Counted from the first letter of the stretch, positions 39,588-54,019 are shown. The stretch is DNA of 64,000 nt from Eledone cirrhosa (GCA_964016885.1 OZ024740.1:275032001-275096000); one strand, 5' to 3'. The notes: generated from the letters alone by a model not told the origin. Numbers and translations are program-made.

Positions 39588-39598
39588 ATATATATTAA

Positions 39599-40003
39599 TT
39601 CAAAATATTAATAAATGTAGACATTCAAGTAATCAAAATATATTTTATTATATATATTTCAGAGGTATTGTGCTGTTTTTTCAGTACGTCCTCATCAGAT
39701 ACATAAATTGATGTATGACATACCTCAACTGTGCTGATGTTTCAATGGAATTGAACCATCAGCACAGTTGAGGTATGTCATACATCAAATTATGTATTTT
39801 ATCTGATGAGGACGTACTGAAAAAACAGCACAGTACCTCTGAAATATATATAATAAAATATATTTTGATTACGTGAATGTCTACATTTATTAATATTTTG
39901 AAGTAATATTAATAACTCCAGTAAACTTTACTGTTGAGTGCTTCTAATCTATTGTAAAACTATATTCATTGATTAATCAATGAACTTTGTTTAACTTTTG
40001 GTT
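39599..40003. mobile_element. Hammerhead fold-back element in (TA)n
   Basis: ~150-bp inverted arms 39599-39745 and 39752-39902, plus-strand extension to (TA)n. Confidence 0.8.
39795..39860 (+). ncRNA. Type I hammerhead ribozyme
   Basis: TATTTTAT-CTGATGA-GGAcGTACTG...CAGTACcTCT-GAAA-TATATA-TA-ATAAAATA. Confidence 0.85.
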
Positions 40004-40230
40004 ATATATATATATATATAATGTGTAAAGGGTAACAACTCCTTAAAACAATATATATATATACATTTTTTTTGTCATGCTTACATACCTACATATTTAG
40101 TATGTGTATATTTATATACACATTGGTGTAGTTTCAGTTATACACTGTGTGCATACCGATATAATTTTATGATAAACTTAGGCTGTTAGCACACTCTCTC
40201 TCTCTCTATATATATATATATATGTATATA

Positions 40231-40888
40231 TCTAAACTATAATAAAGTAGGGAGCACGGGACTGCGTACGGTTAATAATTTTTTATCCCATTAGTAAAAA
40301 AAGTTGGATTACTTTGAATAAATAATTGTTTCTACTTTAGGCACAAGGCCAGCAATTACCCAGTACATTACTGGTACTTTATTTTATCGACCCCATAAGG
40401 ATGAAAGGCAAAGTTAACCTCGGCGGGATTTGAACTCAGACTGTAAAGGGACGTAACTATGCTAGAAAGCATGGCGTCCAACCCTCTACCGATACTGCCA
40501 ATTCACCGATAAATAATGAATGAATATTACATAATTTATCTACTAAATTTCATGGCTGTTGATTAAATATATTTTGTTTATATAAAGATTCACTTCTTTA
40601 AAATTTCTGAAATGTCAACACTTCCGGTTGGCCATCGCTTAAATAAACATACTAATTTTCTGTCACTAATGTTCTCCTAATGCAGTTTATATATAATATC
40701 GTCTTTTTTAATGTATCATGGATTATGTTACTGATTAAATAAGACAGTGTAACGCAGTCTTCGTTCAATTTCTATGTATTATATATTGTCAATTACGATT
40801 TTATTTGATGTATCATATCTACATATATATATACCTGCGTATAATATCAATATACACACTACACATGCTAGCAGAAAACCACTGCTAG
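40231..40888 (+). mobile_element. Possible non-autonomous Helitron with nested SINE
   Basis: a|TCtaaactataataaag start and ...actgCTAG|t end, weak subterminal hairpin. Confidence 0.35.
40322..40508 (-). mobile_element. Nin SINE
   Basis: Same family sequence. Confidence 0.85.
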
Positions 40889-41317
40889 TATATATTAATA
40901 TAGATGCTCTGAAATAGTGATGTATTTATGAATGTATGTATAGTATATTTGATAATATACTGTATATGTATTTAAAAACATTTTGAAGAACATTCGCTAT
41001 GAATTTTAAAGTAGTGACTATGTCACATACTTAGTCTCGGTAAAAGCAAGGGGGAGTAATCGCTGGTAGTACTGTTTCTCACTTGTAAGTAGTTGTCAAG
41101 ACTACATACCCTTCGCTTCTGCCGAGAGTTATAGAAGCTGGATTCTTATAGTATTCCTAATTTTTGCTGGGCCGGCAACTGCCCTGTATGTTAATGAGTT
41201 TAAACACCTCGTAAAGATAACTGGAATTCTGCTTTAATCACCAACTACTCGACCATGCATAGGTTGTACTGGGTTACATGTTACCAGTAGCGCTGAAGAG
41301 CAACCTGACATTACATA

Positions 41318-41353
<36 letters not shown>

Positions 41354-41356
41354 ATA

Positions 41357-41535
41357 ATAATTGTTTCTACTTTTGGCATAAGGCCAGTACCCAGTACATT
41401 ACTGGTACTTTATTTTATCGACCCTGTAAGGATGAAAGGCAAAGTTAACCTCGACGGGATTTGAACTCATAACATAATAGGATGTAACTATGCTAGAAAA
41501 CATGACGTCCAACCCTCTACCGATACTGCCAAATC
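41357..41535 (-). mobile_element. Nin SINE
   Basis: Same family sequence. Confidence 0.8.
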
Positions 41536-41544
41536 GCCATAATA

Positions 41545-43530
41545 ATAATGAATGAAAATATTGTGTACAGTGCTCAGGTGCACTACAACTCATCAAAAAA
41601 TGTATGTATAGTACATAGGGTAATGTACAAACGTCAGGAAAATGAACAGTGCATGAGTCATGATATACACATGTGTGCATGTGTATGGAAGGGGTACATC
41701 AGGTGTAGTTTTGGCAAATTTCGGGAAGCATGAGGGTTTTAAAGGATGCAGTATCTCGGCAGCTAACAACTGACGCAAGCAGTTTGTTCCATGCTTCAGC
41801 AACTCTAAGTGTGAAAAAATGTTTCCGAAAATTATGGGAGCTGTGCTGTTTTCTGATTTTGTAGGCATGTCCACGTGTGTTAGACACATGGAGATCAAAA
41901 AGGTGCTCAGGGTTATTGTTGGCGAGATCGTTAATAACTTTGTGGGTGTTTACCAAGTCCATTGCCAGATGTCAGAGCTTCAATGAATCCATGCCCAGGG
42001 AAGCAAGGCGTTCAGAGTATGGTAGGTGTCTGATGGAGGGTATGCGCTTGGTTGCACGTCTCTGAACAGTTTCTAGGAGGTCAATGTTCTGAGCAAGATA
42101 GGGGTTCCACACTGATGATACGAATTCCAAGTGTGGTCGTACCATAGCTGTATACAGCTTTAAATAGATGGTTGGAGAGCGGCTAACAAAGGTCTTGCTG
42201 AGTGATGCCAAGAGACCCTCGGCTTTCTTGACAATCTTAGAGACATGCTTTGACCAACGCAAATCGCTGCTGGCAGTAATGCCCAGGTCACGTTCACAAG
42301 AGGACTTCTTGATATCAGTGTTGTGGAGGGAGTATGTGGATGCTGGATTTTTCATCCCAAATTGCATGGTGGTACACTTGTCCACAGCCAGCTTCAGTTG
42401 CTAGTTTGTGATCCATTGCTGCATTGTGTCCAGGTCTGATTGTAGGAAAGAATTGTAGATTTCAGGATTAGTTCTTTTGATTTCAAGGTACAGCTTGATG
42501 TCATCTGCATATTTCAGTACCGTGGCATTCTTTAAGTTGGCATCTATGTCATTAATATATGCCACAAACAAAAGGGGACCAAGAACAGATCCCTGTGGTA
42601 CACCAGATGACATCTCATATGGTGAAGAATGCTGTCCTAGAACCGTGACTACCTCTTTTCGGCTGAGAATGAAGGATTTCAACCAGTTAAAAAGATCATC
42701 CCTCACACCCATTGCAGAGAGTTTCGCCATAAGTCTTTTGTGTGGCACAGAATTAAAAGCCTTAGCGAAGTCAAGGTAAACAACATCCACCCATGAGCCA
42801 CTGTCAGTGATCCGGGTAATGTCTTCAAGGAACTCGATAAGCTGATCACAGCAGCTGGAGTTAGGGATAAATCCAAACTGTAAGGGCCGGATGAGGCTGT
42901 GAGAGTTCCAGAAGTTCCAAAGTGTTTCTCTGACACAGGATTCCATCAGTTTGGCAATACAGCTAGTAAGACTGACTGGACGATAGTTGACAGGTGACGT
43001 GCGGGTCGCCCTTTTTGAACAGGGGAATGACACTGGCTGTTTTCCACTGCTCTGGAGTAGCACCATTATTGAGACAGTATTGAAAGAAGAAAGAAAGCTC
43101 GTGCAAAAGGAAGTACCTGCCACGTTTGAGAAGCAGGTATGTAACACCATCAAGACGAGGGGAGGCATAGTTGCACTTATTCTTAAGGTGATGTCGCAAC
43201 ATTGCAGGTGTAAATTCCATAGTTGTTATGGAATTTGATGTTAGAGATGGTGGAGATGGTACATTCTGGTTTTCAACAGTAAAAATGCTTGCATAGCACT
43301 CAGCAATGAGTTCTGTGCATTCTTTGGGATCATCAGTGATCTGGCTTGTGTGGGGATTGTGAAGAGGACCAACTGGAGAGTGAGGTCTCTGCTTTGAATG
43401 AACATATTTCCAGAACATTTTACTGTGAGGATTGGTTGCTATGCACTGTTCAAATTCAAGCACTGCCTTTTTTGTCACTTCCTTGAGAAGGTTGGAAGAT
43501 TTATTCCGCTTTTTTCTGATGGCATCTGAT
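41545..43530 (-). mobile_element. CR1-clade LINE, 5'-truncated (RT + 3' UTR)
   Basis: YRPVSLTS, YLDFAKAFNSVPH, GVPQGSVLGPLLF, YADD, ERDLGI, VRPHLEF..VWNP, TRGH. Confidence 0.9.
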
Positions 43531-43967
43531 TTATGCAGTTTATATTTGTGTGCGTGTGTGTATATGTATGTGAATATATATACTTTGAATTATAAAGCTA
43601 GTAGCTTGAATGGTTTTGACTTAGATCAATAATCTAAGTTGGGCATATAAGCCCCAAAAGATGGAAAAACATTTATACACCACTGCTCATGGGACTTGAA
43701 CCCACACCTGCAATATACCATTTTTTTGTGCTAACACTAGAGTGTCAGCCAACAAATTTATCCATTATCTTAAGCTTTAACTCTTTCTATATTCAGCTGT
43801 TCTAAGGATAGATTGTTTTCATATTTTGGGGCTTAATAATACCACAGGAATTAATTCACCCAAGTATAAGTCACACTTACAACTCAACATATAAAGTACT
43901 AATTCATAGTGATACGAATCATTCTATAGTAAGTCATCCATGGAATTGAGAGAAAAACAGTAAATTA

Positions 43968-44168
43968 TATAAGGTTGGCTGAAAAGTTCATAGGTGAACA
44001 AAGATACTCTCATGGATTAACCAAAAGAGGTTTATTTTTCACCATAGTCCCTGGAAAGAATCAATACAGTTATTAATGAGAAGATTTGAAATTAATGCAT
44101 GCAAGATTTCACAGCTTTAGTATCACTTCTTCAATGTCAGCCTATGAACTTTTCAGCCTACACTCATA
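43968..44168. mobile_element. Tc1/mariner-type MITE
   Basis: TIR ta.aaggttggctgaaaagttcatagg / cctatgaacttttcagcctacactcata with TA ends. Confidence 0.65.
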
Positions 44169-44362
44169 TGTATATATGTATGTAAACTGATAGATAGATA
44201 AAAGCATCGTTAATGGTTTCCTCGTATATATTTATAGTTCTTTTGTTGGGTTACATGTCTAAGTATTAAGACAAATTTTATGAGTTCCAATTCATAAAAC
44301 AAAACAATGCATAAAAAATTTCAACTACATTTTATTTATAAATTTAAATACATATGGAAATA

Positions 44363-44393
<31 letters not shown>

Positions 44394-47103
44394 CATATGT
44401 ATTAATATATATATATATATGTGTGTGTGTGTTGATGTGTGAATTTATTTGTGATGATGTTTTTGTTTTATCGCTTAAATTGCAGGCAAAAATTATCCAT
44501 AATTATAATTTTTGATGTATGAATTGAAAGACTAGAGTAAGGAAAAAGTAATAAATATAAATGAAATGAAATCATTTGACAAAGAAAAAAATTCTCAAAT
44601 CATAAGGTATATTTTGAGATATATTTAGCATAAAGCATTTTTATCCAATCAGATATATGACATCCCCTTTTCTTTTAAATAGTGGAAGAAATTACTGACT
44701 GATATACTTGTTTTTTTTTTTTTGTTTTTTATGGCTTTTTTTTTTTTTTCCTTGTGTCTGCTTTCATTGTCAGTTGTCTTGATTTTCATTGACAAACTTT
44801 ATGGCTGTCACCCTTATAACAATTATTATTATAGATCACTCTCCACATGATAAATGGGCTTTGTGGTTTTTACCTATTCCTTATATCCACCCTTTGTCTT
44901 TTTCAATGTTTTTATCAAATTCTTTACTGTCTCTTTGATCTAACCAATTAAACTATAATTGCTTCATTTCTTTAAAAAAATTAGATTTAAAAAATTTATA
45001 TTCATAGAAGAATAGCATCTTAATTATATTTTTGGTATGTGTGTGTGGTGTATCCATCATTTGATCCAACTATTTGAACACAACTCTTCCCATATATCTA
45101 TTCATATCTCTTTGTATCAATCCATATATATTTATCATTCTTTCACTGTCCAGTCACTTTTACAAACACACACACATTCACAAATATTCTGGAAAGCCAC
45201 AATTTGTACATTTGATGTAGAACAATTACTATCCAAAGAGGTTCCTAACTAAATAGCTAATGTATTTGAGGGATGAAAAGACGATGCTTTAAAAAAATTG
45301 TTATTTCACACGAATGACATTTGCAAAAATGTCTATTTGGAAATCCATGAGTTTGTCCCTATATCATTTTCTTCTTGGAACACACAAGGCATCAAAATTG
45401 TTTAAAATCAACACAATAATACATGAAAACGTTTATGCATTTGTTTGCAAGAGTTGTGAACTGAAATCGTGTGTTGAGATCAATATTGTTATATTTGGAG
45501 ATATCATGTTGCCAGAAATATGAGTAGGCATGAAAGAGAACATATAGTCATTGAGGGGGTCACAGAATGTGTAACAAAAGAACTTTGACAAACTAGTAAT
45601 AAAGATAAAATGAAAATGTGAACATCATATGTTGCATGTGTTTCTTGTTATTAGCAATAATGACAACATGACCATCCCCAAATACATAAAACCTTTCCTA
45701 TAAATCTCCTTTCACAGAATTGTATTTGTTTAGAAATCTCTCTCATTGCTCATGTATATTCATACTGAACTACAATAACTCAGTCTAAACATTGAAAGTA
45801 CACTACTGTATATTTCTGTTAGTCTATACATCTATATATATGAAATTCAAAGAGTCTGGCATCCAATAAACTATACCAGGGCCTATACAGGACTAAACAA
45901 TAACAACCACAGCAACTATCTTTTTAATTTCTGTTTCCAGAAAGCTGGAACAAATGCTGCAAAGTATTCTACCCACTACCTTTTAAAGACTGTCAATGTG
46001 CCTCCATAACATTCAGTACAACTTATGATAGATATTAAATTATAATAAGAAACCGATTATTATTTTCTCTATTAATATGTTTATGTCGAAATTAAAGTTA
46101 AATGAATTTAAATACTACAACAGCTACTTGACATTTAAAAATATGGGAATAGTGTTAATAGTTTATCGGTATATAAATTTCTGTGATTCTATCACAACAC
46201 GTAAAGAGAGGAAAGTAGTTTGACTACCTCATACTACTCCTCTCTCGTTATATCTGATGCCTGCATGAATGTGTATGTGTAAAAGGAAGGAAGGAAGAGG
46301 ATCTTCTCTATAAATTTCTGCAATTCTGTCATGTGTAAAGAAAGAGGAGTAGTTTGATTACTTCATACTACTACTCTCTCTTTATGTCTACTGCCTGCAT
46401 GAATGTATGTGTGCATAAAAGGAAGAAAGGGGAAGCGTGCCTGTGTTTGCACATTTATATTCATATACTCATACATATAAATCTATGCACATACACACAC
46501 GCACACACATATACACATAGGCGTCAGCATATAGAAAAATGTTTAGTATATTATGTTTTTCTTCAGACAGTTGTATAGTTGTTCAATACCTGATTTTGAA
46601 AACACATTGACTTTTGTATATCCGGAATTTAGATTATTTTAAAGAATTAATTGAAACTCATAAGCAGTTGTTTCTTGTTAGTAATGCAATCAGTACAAGT
46701 GTAAAGTATTAAATTATTTGTCTTCAAAGTTATACATTTCAAAGAGAAATGAAAGTAAAAAGATATGTTCATATGCCTCATCAATTTATCGTGCCCAATT
46801 GATTTAAACAACCCCATTTGTCTATAAAGGAAATTATGAAATATTTATATGTTACCTCTGGGTCACATCATCATATAGCGGATGTATGTTTCTTTGCCAC
46901 ATTCATCAATAACATATACATTTCTATGATTTTTGAAGTGTAATGAAAGCTTGATTCTATTAACAGAAACCTGTGATGATGTCAGGATTCCCCAGGAGAA
47001 ATTTTGTAAGATTTGAAGATCTAGATTTGAAGTTCTATATCAGTATTCTCTTAGTTGCTCTAGGCAAGATGACTTAGTTGATATGTTAGTTTGTTATGGA
47101 GTG

Positions 47104-47139
<36 letters not shown>

Positions 47140-48205
47140 CATTATGGTATGTGTGCATGTGCACACATGTGTATGAGTGAAAAAGAAACATAGGAAAAGC
47201 TCAATCAGTTTTGTAACAAAATCTCAAGTTATATATTACTTACATATCACTTTTAATATCTATTAAAGTTACATATCTATATTCACATGAGTATGTATTC
47301 TTATTTGTACAGCTATGTGGTTATATATGTATAGGTGTATATATACATATACGTGGTACGTTTTTGTGCATATCATATGAATATGAACATGCACATATAA
47401 ATCTAATTTTCCATTTCACCATTTTTGTGGCTATTTATGCAAACCTTGCATGTATAGACACACTCATATTTATATATATGTATATATACATATATATATA
47501 TGTGTGTGTGTGTTTTACCCATTTCCATTAAAAGGTATTGGTCTTCTATGCAGTTAAGATAAATCTTGTAACACAAAACCAAGCCACTAACAAATAATGA
47601 GGCTCTGCTATTGGAGGTAAGATGTTTTGTCTTCATATCTATGCATTTGTTTTGTCTTCATATCTATGCATGTATCTGTGTGTGTGTGCAAACCTACACT
47701 AGTTTAGTTTACACATACAGACACATACATCATTTAAATGATGAAATGCTGGAATGTCTTTCATACCTTGAAACTTTTGCTGACTGAACAAATCAGTTCT
47801 TTCCAAGGATATAGGAAAGTGATTCGTCCATCAGGGAGGTAATATTAATTTATTGTGTGTATGTGTGTGTGTGTGGGAGGGGGGGGGTCATCTCTCAAAA
47901 CTTTACACAATGTTTCTAAAGTAAGGAAGGCATTACTATTATAGATGTGTCATGGTGGGACATAGAGCAAAACAACAACAAAAAGGTTAAGAAACACTAA
48001 TATAGAAAGTGCAAGAATTTTGGACAAGGATATGTTTATCTTGTTTCACATACTAGTTTTATAGTTTGAGTGAGCTTGGCTGCAATTACTGTCTGCCTTG
48101 TATTAGTGAAGACTGGATTTAGGGCATTGCTTTTGTTATTTTCCCAAGAAATATGTTAAATTCTTCAAGGTTTTCCTTTAATCCCAATTAAACATTACAG
48201 CTTAA

Positions 48206-48425
48206 CCCTTCAGAATTTGCATTACTCTATACATACTATTGTATTTTTGTGGTAAAGGTTTTATCTCACATGATATCTTACATAACATCGAATCTATGAG
48301 ATTTTGATATTATTTATTTTGAGAAGAATTACTTAACATCAGTATGAGTGGCCAGTTATGGTCAGTTTGAACAGAAAGAGGCGAGAGAATTCTGGCCGGA
48401 TACGGCCGGTTTAAATGCTAAAGGG
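48206..48425. mobile_element. piggyBac-type MITE
   Basis: TTAA|CCCTtcagaattt ... aaatgctaaAGGG|TTAA. Confidence 0.6.
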
Positions 48426-48547
48426 TTAAATCAATTGTTGCTTCTTATTGTTTAATCATAGAACAATCTTGATTTAGCAGATTTATGATAAAAAATATTT
48501 CAGCCATGATCCACTTGTCATTCTGAGAGTGTATATGACAACATTAT

Positions 48548-48668
48548 TGAGTTCAAATCCCGCCGAGGTTAACTTTGCCTTTCATCCCTACGGGGTCGAT
48601 AAAATAAAGTACCAGTAATGTATTGAGTAATTGCTGGCCTTGTGCCAAAAGTAGAAACAATTATTATT
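48548..48668 (+). mobile_element. Nin SINE (5' truncated)
   Basis: Same family sequence. Confidence 0.8.
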
Positions 48669-48815
48669 GTCTTTTGTTTTTCATTGTAGACTGTAGGGCA
48701 GAATGTGAGGGAGATTTGATTGCTATTACTAGTATGTTTAACAGCCTTGTTAAATGCTTTCTTGGCTTATAAAAATATTTTACATTCAGTTGGAATAATA
48801 AAGCATTATTGTTAT

Positions 48816-48998
48816 TGGCAGTATCGGTAGAGGGTTGGACGCCATGCTTTCTAGCATAGAGTTACGTCCCTTTATGATCTGAGTTCAAATCCCGCCGAGG
48901 TTAACTTTGCCTTTCATCCTTACAGGGTCGATAAAATAAAGTACCAGTAATGTGCTGGGTAATTGCTGGCCTTGTGCCAAAAAGTAGAAACAATTATT
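48816..48998 (+). mobile_element. Nin SINE
   Basis: Same family sequence. Confidence 0.85.
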
Positions 48999-49399
48999 GT
49001 TAAGAGGATTCTATTATCCATAATGCTCAAACTAAACTATGATTCTATCAGTAAATTTTTTAGTCAGATTAAGGAGTAATGTTTTTCACACAATTCCCTG
49101 CATGATATTTAACTTAGAATTCTCAATCTCCATCATTACAATCCTTTGCATTTAGAATACAAATTGTAAACTCAAATACATCTAAAGATATTTAGAAAAT
49201 GTACAAAACGTGGCACTGGATGATGATTAGCATACAGACATATATGTAACTGGATAAAAATGCTTTATGCTAAATATATATCAGATTACAGTAATACATA
49301 CAGATGTACATATATTAGCTTTGGGGCACATTCATGTGTAAAAGTTGGTGTCTTAGCTATTGAAACCTTAAAGTATTCTCTGTTTATGTCCATATATAT

Positions 49400-49668
49400 C
49401 ATCATCATCATCATCATTTCATTTTACGTCCGCTTTTTCCCTGCTTGCAAGGGTAGGACGGGAACTGATACTGGCTTGATTTCTACAGCTGGATGCCCTT
49501 CCTAACACCAACCTCATTTACAGTGAGTGCTGGGTGCTTTTTTTCCGTGGCACCTCCACGACCACTTTGCAGTGGAATGATATGGACCCCAGTCCCTATC
49601 ATCTCATTTCTACAGCTGAGTAAACTGGAGCAATGTGAAATAAAGTGTCTTGCTCAAGGAAACAACAT
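49400..49668 (-). mobile_element. RTE-tailed SINE (head truncated)
   Basis: Near-identical to 33463-33725. Confidence 0.8.
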
Positions 49669-49773
49669 ATCATATATATATATAATGGAAAAATTTGAAC
49701 AGGAACAAAACAGAGAGGCAGTACAACGAATGTTTATTAATTTCACGCTCTGGAGAGTGGGGTGGTGGTGGGG

Positions 49774-49806
49774 AACGACGTTTCGGGCATAAGCCCTTCC
49801 TCAGGT
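49774..49806 (-). ncRNA. Minimal PLE-type hammerhead ribozyme
   Basis: Minus: ac-CTGAGGA-aGGGCttatGCCC-GAAACGTC-gt, with ACGT palindromic stem III. Stem I is weak. Confidence 0.65.
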
Positions 49807-50184
49807 GAGAAATGTGTGGGAACAGAGTTCAAAGGGTGTGTAGATATATGTAGATATATATATATACCACCACAGTAATTATTTTCATCATTGTCATCAA
49901 TTTCCACCTTTGAAAATATGATAGTAATAATGTAGTGATGTAGATAACGGATTTAGGATAGTTGTGATACCCACAACATAATACTTCTATGGTACTTTAA
50001 TCAAGTTGCTGTGAAGTGTATCAGAATGCAATGCAAGAGCAGATTTTATCTTAAGTAGAGCTCCCCTTGCTCTATGATGATTACTATAACATTCTACTGA
50101 AAAGATAAAATAGAGACAGACATACAAATAGATAGAGGTTTTTATTTTGTCTCAGAAAGACAGCAAGGTGTGAATTATAAATAA

Positions 50185-50215
<31 letters not shown>

Positions 50216-50219
<4 letters not shown>

Positions 50220-50365
50220 AATATTGTGTACAGTGCTCAGGTGCACTACAACTCATCAAAAAGTGTATGTATAGTACATAGGGTAATGTACAAACATCAG
50301 GAAAATGAACAGTGCATGAGTCATGATATACATGTGTGCATGTGTATGGAAGGGGTACATCAGGT
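50216..50365 (-). mobile_element. CR1 3' UTR fragment
   Basis: Near-identical to 41553-41705. Confidence 0.8.
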
Positions 50366-51326
50366 GGAGTTTTGTGGGAGATTTGGCTGCTATTTTTAGC
50401 AGATTCAGTGGTTGAGTAGAGGCATTCTTTTGCTCACACAGAAAGAAAGGTTGAAAGGATATGAAATATTCCAGGATCATTTTCGATTTTTTTTTTTTTC
50501 AGAAAATTATAATATTTAAAAATTTACTTTTAGTTTGATCCGACTCAATGACAGTTAAGCTATCTCTACAGCATGTTTATTTTTAAAGTTACACTTTAGA
50601 GTCTTCCATGTTCTAAAATACTGCTTAAACATTGCTCTTATTAAATTGTATGATACCTGCATGCAAATTACAATTCTAAGAAAGATGATATTGTCACAAC
50701 ATGCTGCTATTCACTTTTGACATAATAGTAAATGTTGTTTAGCTCTAGATTAGCCACAACCAAGAACAACTATGGTGATAGGTATCCCAGTTGTGATTAT
50801 CCCACTTCATTCGCACACACACAACAAGAATTAACATCACCAAATATAATCTTCCATTGTTTAAACAGTAAGACACTAGGGAGTGATTTGAGAGTGAGCT
50901 TTCTTTTTTTTCTAGCATTTCAAGCAACCTTGACAGGGCAGAGATGGCATGTAGTGTACCAGTTGGCAGGGCAGAGATGGCATGTAGTGTACCAGGCTAT
51001 GTATTTGTGAAGGTTACAGCAGACAGTACTCAGTTTCTCTAACATTAAAATTAAGTGCCAGCTATACTGCAAGGGTGTTAATCTATAGCAACATAGAGAG
51101 AGAGTTGTATGGGGAGAGATTTCATAGCTGCACCAAACTGAACTAGGGCCATCTATCATGCTTGAGGCATATAAGTGCATGTGTAAGTATTATAACAGTA
51201 AAAGGAAAAAATGGAAGGCATGGGATTTCAATTTGAAAATTCTAATTAATTAATTTGTATGTACATATAAGATTGAGACATGTATGTATATATGTATGTA
51301 TTTATAGATGGATGGATGTATGTGTG

Positions 51327-51364
<38 letters not shown>

Positions 51365-51368
<4 letters not shown>

Positions 51369-51640
51369 AAAGTTTTATTTAAAATTGTTGGGTTACAACA
51401 AGTAAATATTTTATAACTGATATAAAGCACTCGACAAGTTTTTGGAGTAGATATACCAAACCAGCTTCCTACATAATGGTCGCTCATATTTATGGTACGT
51501 CAAAATTATTTATAAAACTGTTTATATATTGTATTTTATCTGACGAAGGCATGCCATATTTTTAATATGGTATCCCCGAAATATGTATAATGAAATAAAT
51601 ATGGTTTTATAAATATAGTTTCCATTTGTTTAATATCGTA
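51365..51640. mobile_element. Inverted/truncated pLTR of the AT-stem hammerhead family in (TA)n
   Basis: 51365-51455 matches 21645-21730, and 51494-51640 matches 24221-24369. Confidence 0.8.
51532..51597 (+). ncRNA. Type I hammerhead ribozyme
   Basis: TATTTTAT-CTGACGA-aGGcATGCCATATTtttAATATGGTATcCCc-GAAA-TATGTA-TA-ATGAAATA. Confidence 0.8.
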
Positions 51641-51828
51641 TATATATATATATATATATACAAATGTATGTGTGTATGTATACAAAATGATAGGGAGGGA
51701 GAGAGGAGAAAGTTAAGTTTGTAAAATGGTAAAAGAAGTAATTGAAAGATTAATTGAGCTGAGACAGGATAATAGAAAATACAATTTCATATGCTACAGA
51801 CGTAATCAGTGTAGATATATGTCAATAG

Positions 51829-52350
51829 CATCATCATCATCATCATCGCACATCCATTTTTCACGCTAGCATGAGTTAGACGGGTTGTCCTGTTGTGGGC
51901 AATGCCAGGTCAGGTGACCATACAGGAACTGATTTTGGCTTGATTTCTACAGTTGGATGCCCTTCCTAACACCAACCTTATTTACAGTGAGTACTGGGTG
52001 CTTTTTTACTGTGGCGTCTACATGACTACTTTACAGTGTGGACTGCGTGCTTTTTGTCATGACACCTCCACAACCATTTTGCATTGGGAGGTGGGTGGGG
52101 GGCATACTGTCTATATGCTTCAGCTTTGGCTTGTACCGTGGTAAGTCAGGTCTTCTGTGTTACTGCGTAATACCACAGATCTCGGTCCTGTGACATCGCC
52201 TTTGAGAGGTGCAATTGGGCAAGGTCAGCTTTTATGACCTCAACCCAGGTCTTCTTGGGTCTCCCCACTGCAAGGCTTCCTCGACTTTTAGTGCTCTGCA
52301 CCTTTTTATGCAGCTGTCATCCTTCATACGCATCACATGTTCACACCAAT
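51829..52350 (-). mobile_element. RTE 3' end fragment with (GAT)n tail
   Basis: Encodes VMRMKDDSCIK..GRPKKTW, followed by the shared 3' UTR. Confidence 0.65.
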
Positions 52351-52941
52351 GCAATATACACACATATATATATATATATATATATAGATATGTCTATGTT
52401 GTATATAACAGTAAACAAAAAGGTATATATCTGCATATGTAACTATGGTGTGTGTGTGTGAACAGTCTACTTTTCATATGCATGCATTTTTAATTGTTCA
52501 TCAAATGTAGGTTTGTGTGATGAATTGCTATGTTAATGCTACTGCAATACTATCTTTTCAAAATGTCTTCCCTTTAGAAACTGAAAATTATGAGGATGAC
52601 TCACTGAAGTTAATGACAATAAACTTTGATAAAATATGGAAGAGAAAATCCAAAATAAGAATCAGCCAAAGTATATGTCAGCCCAGTTCTCTCGATTGGA
52701 ACCAACATAACAAGATTTAGGTTTAATAGACATTCAAACACATATAACTTTATGAATCCCCCCTGTCACACACCATGCTACTAAAACATATATTATTGGT
52801 GTAGCATTTGGTGCTTGTTAATTCTGTTTGGCTTGGTTTCAAAGTAGTAAAATTAAGTAAACTACTAGGTACTTTTTCGCTTATAAACCCATCTTCCCCC
52901 TTCAACACATAGATAAAAGTCACAAAGACATAAATTATATA

Positions 52942-52994
<53 letters not shown>

Positions 52995-53092
52995 GAACGA
53001 TCGACTTTCGTCAAATCGGACCGAGGGAACAATGTTTCCGTTGGTCTTTCCAATTGCTAATACTATCTATCGGTCGCAACTCCAGGTAGAAG

Positions 53093-53210
53093 GAGCAACG
53101 TGAAATAAAGTGTCTTGCTCAAGGACATAACGCATCACCTGGTCCAGGAATCGAACTCACAACCTTACGATTGCGAATCCAATTCTCTAACCACTCAGCC
53201 ACACGCCTTC
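53093..53210 (-). mobile_element. tRNA-derived SINE head
   Basis: ggcgtgtggctgagtggttagag...gtgagttcgattcctggacc with A/B boxes. Confidence 0.7.
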
Positions 53211-53223
53211 ACTATATAAAGTA

Positions 53224-53636
53224 AATGTAAAGTTATGTTGGTGCCACAAAATCCAGGCCGAAACAAATGAGATCGTGTAGGTGTCACGACAAAAAAACAC
53301 ACAGTCCACGCTGTAATGTGACCGTGTAGGCAACATGGTAAAATCCTCCCAGTCCCACACTGTAAATGTGGTTGGTGTTAGGAAGGGCATCCAGCTGTAG
53401 AAAACCCGCCAGACAGTCCACGCTGTAATGTGGCCGTGTAGGCAACACGGTAAAAACCTCCCAGCCCCACACTGTAAATGTGGTTGGTGTTAGGAAGGGC
53501 ATCCAACTGTAGAAAACCCGCCAGACAGTCCTATGCGAGCAAGACAACCACTCTTGCCTCAAGTGGGAAAACTCCCATCCAAACCCATGCAAGCGTGGAA
53601 CATGGACGTTAAACGATGATGATGATGATGATGATG

Positions 53637-53638
<2 letters not shown>
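53224..53638 (+). mobile_element. RTE 3' UTR repeat with ~120-bp internal duplication
   Basis: Matches 39281-39587, with 53301-53412 repeated at 53413-53530. Confidence 0.75.
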
Positions 53639-53668
<30 letters not shown>

Positions 53669-53670
53669 AC

Positions 53671-53791
<121 letters not shown>

Positions 53792-53978
53792 CTCACTCTT
53801 ATACATTCGTAACACTTGTCATGTACACATCTTTGCACAAACCTGCATGTTCATTGTAACAAAATTATGCTCCTTTGTATACTCACATGCACATGCATGA
53901 TAAAAATACATGTACACAAACACGCAAATATATTAGCACCATCATTTCATCTCTTCACCTACATCTACACACACACAC

Positions 53979-54019
<41 letters not shown>

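Noticed and set aside
50931-50993. Two 31-bp direct repeats (also 46200-46430 and 47622-47664) as CRISPR-like
   Set aside because: Simple tandem duplications with no spacers, in eukaryotic DNA
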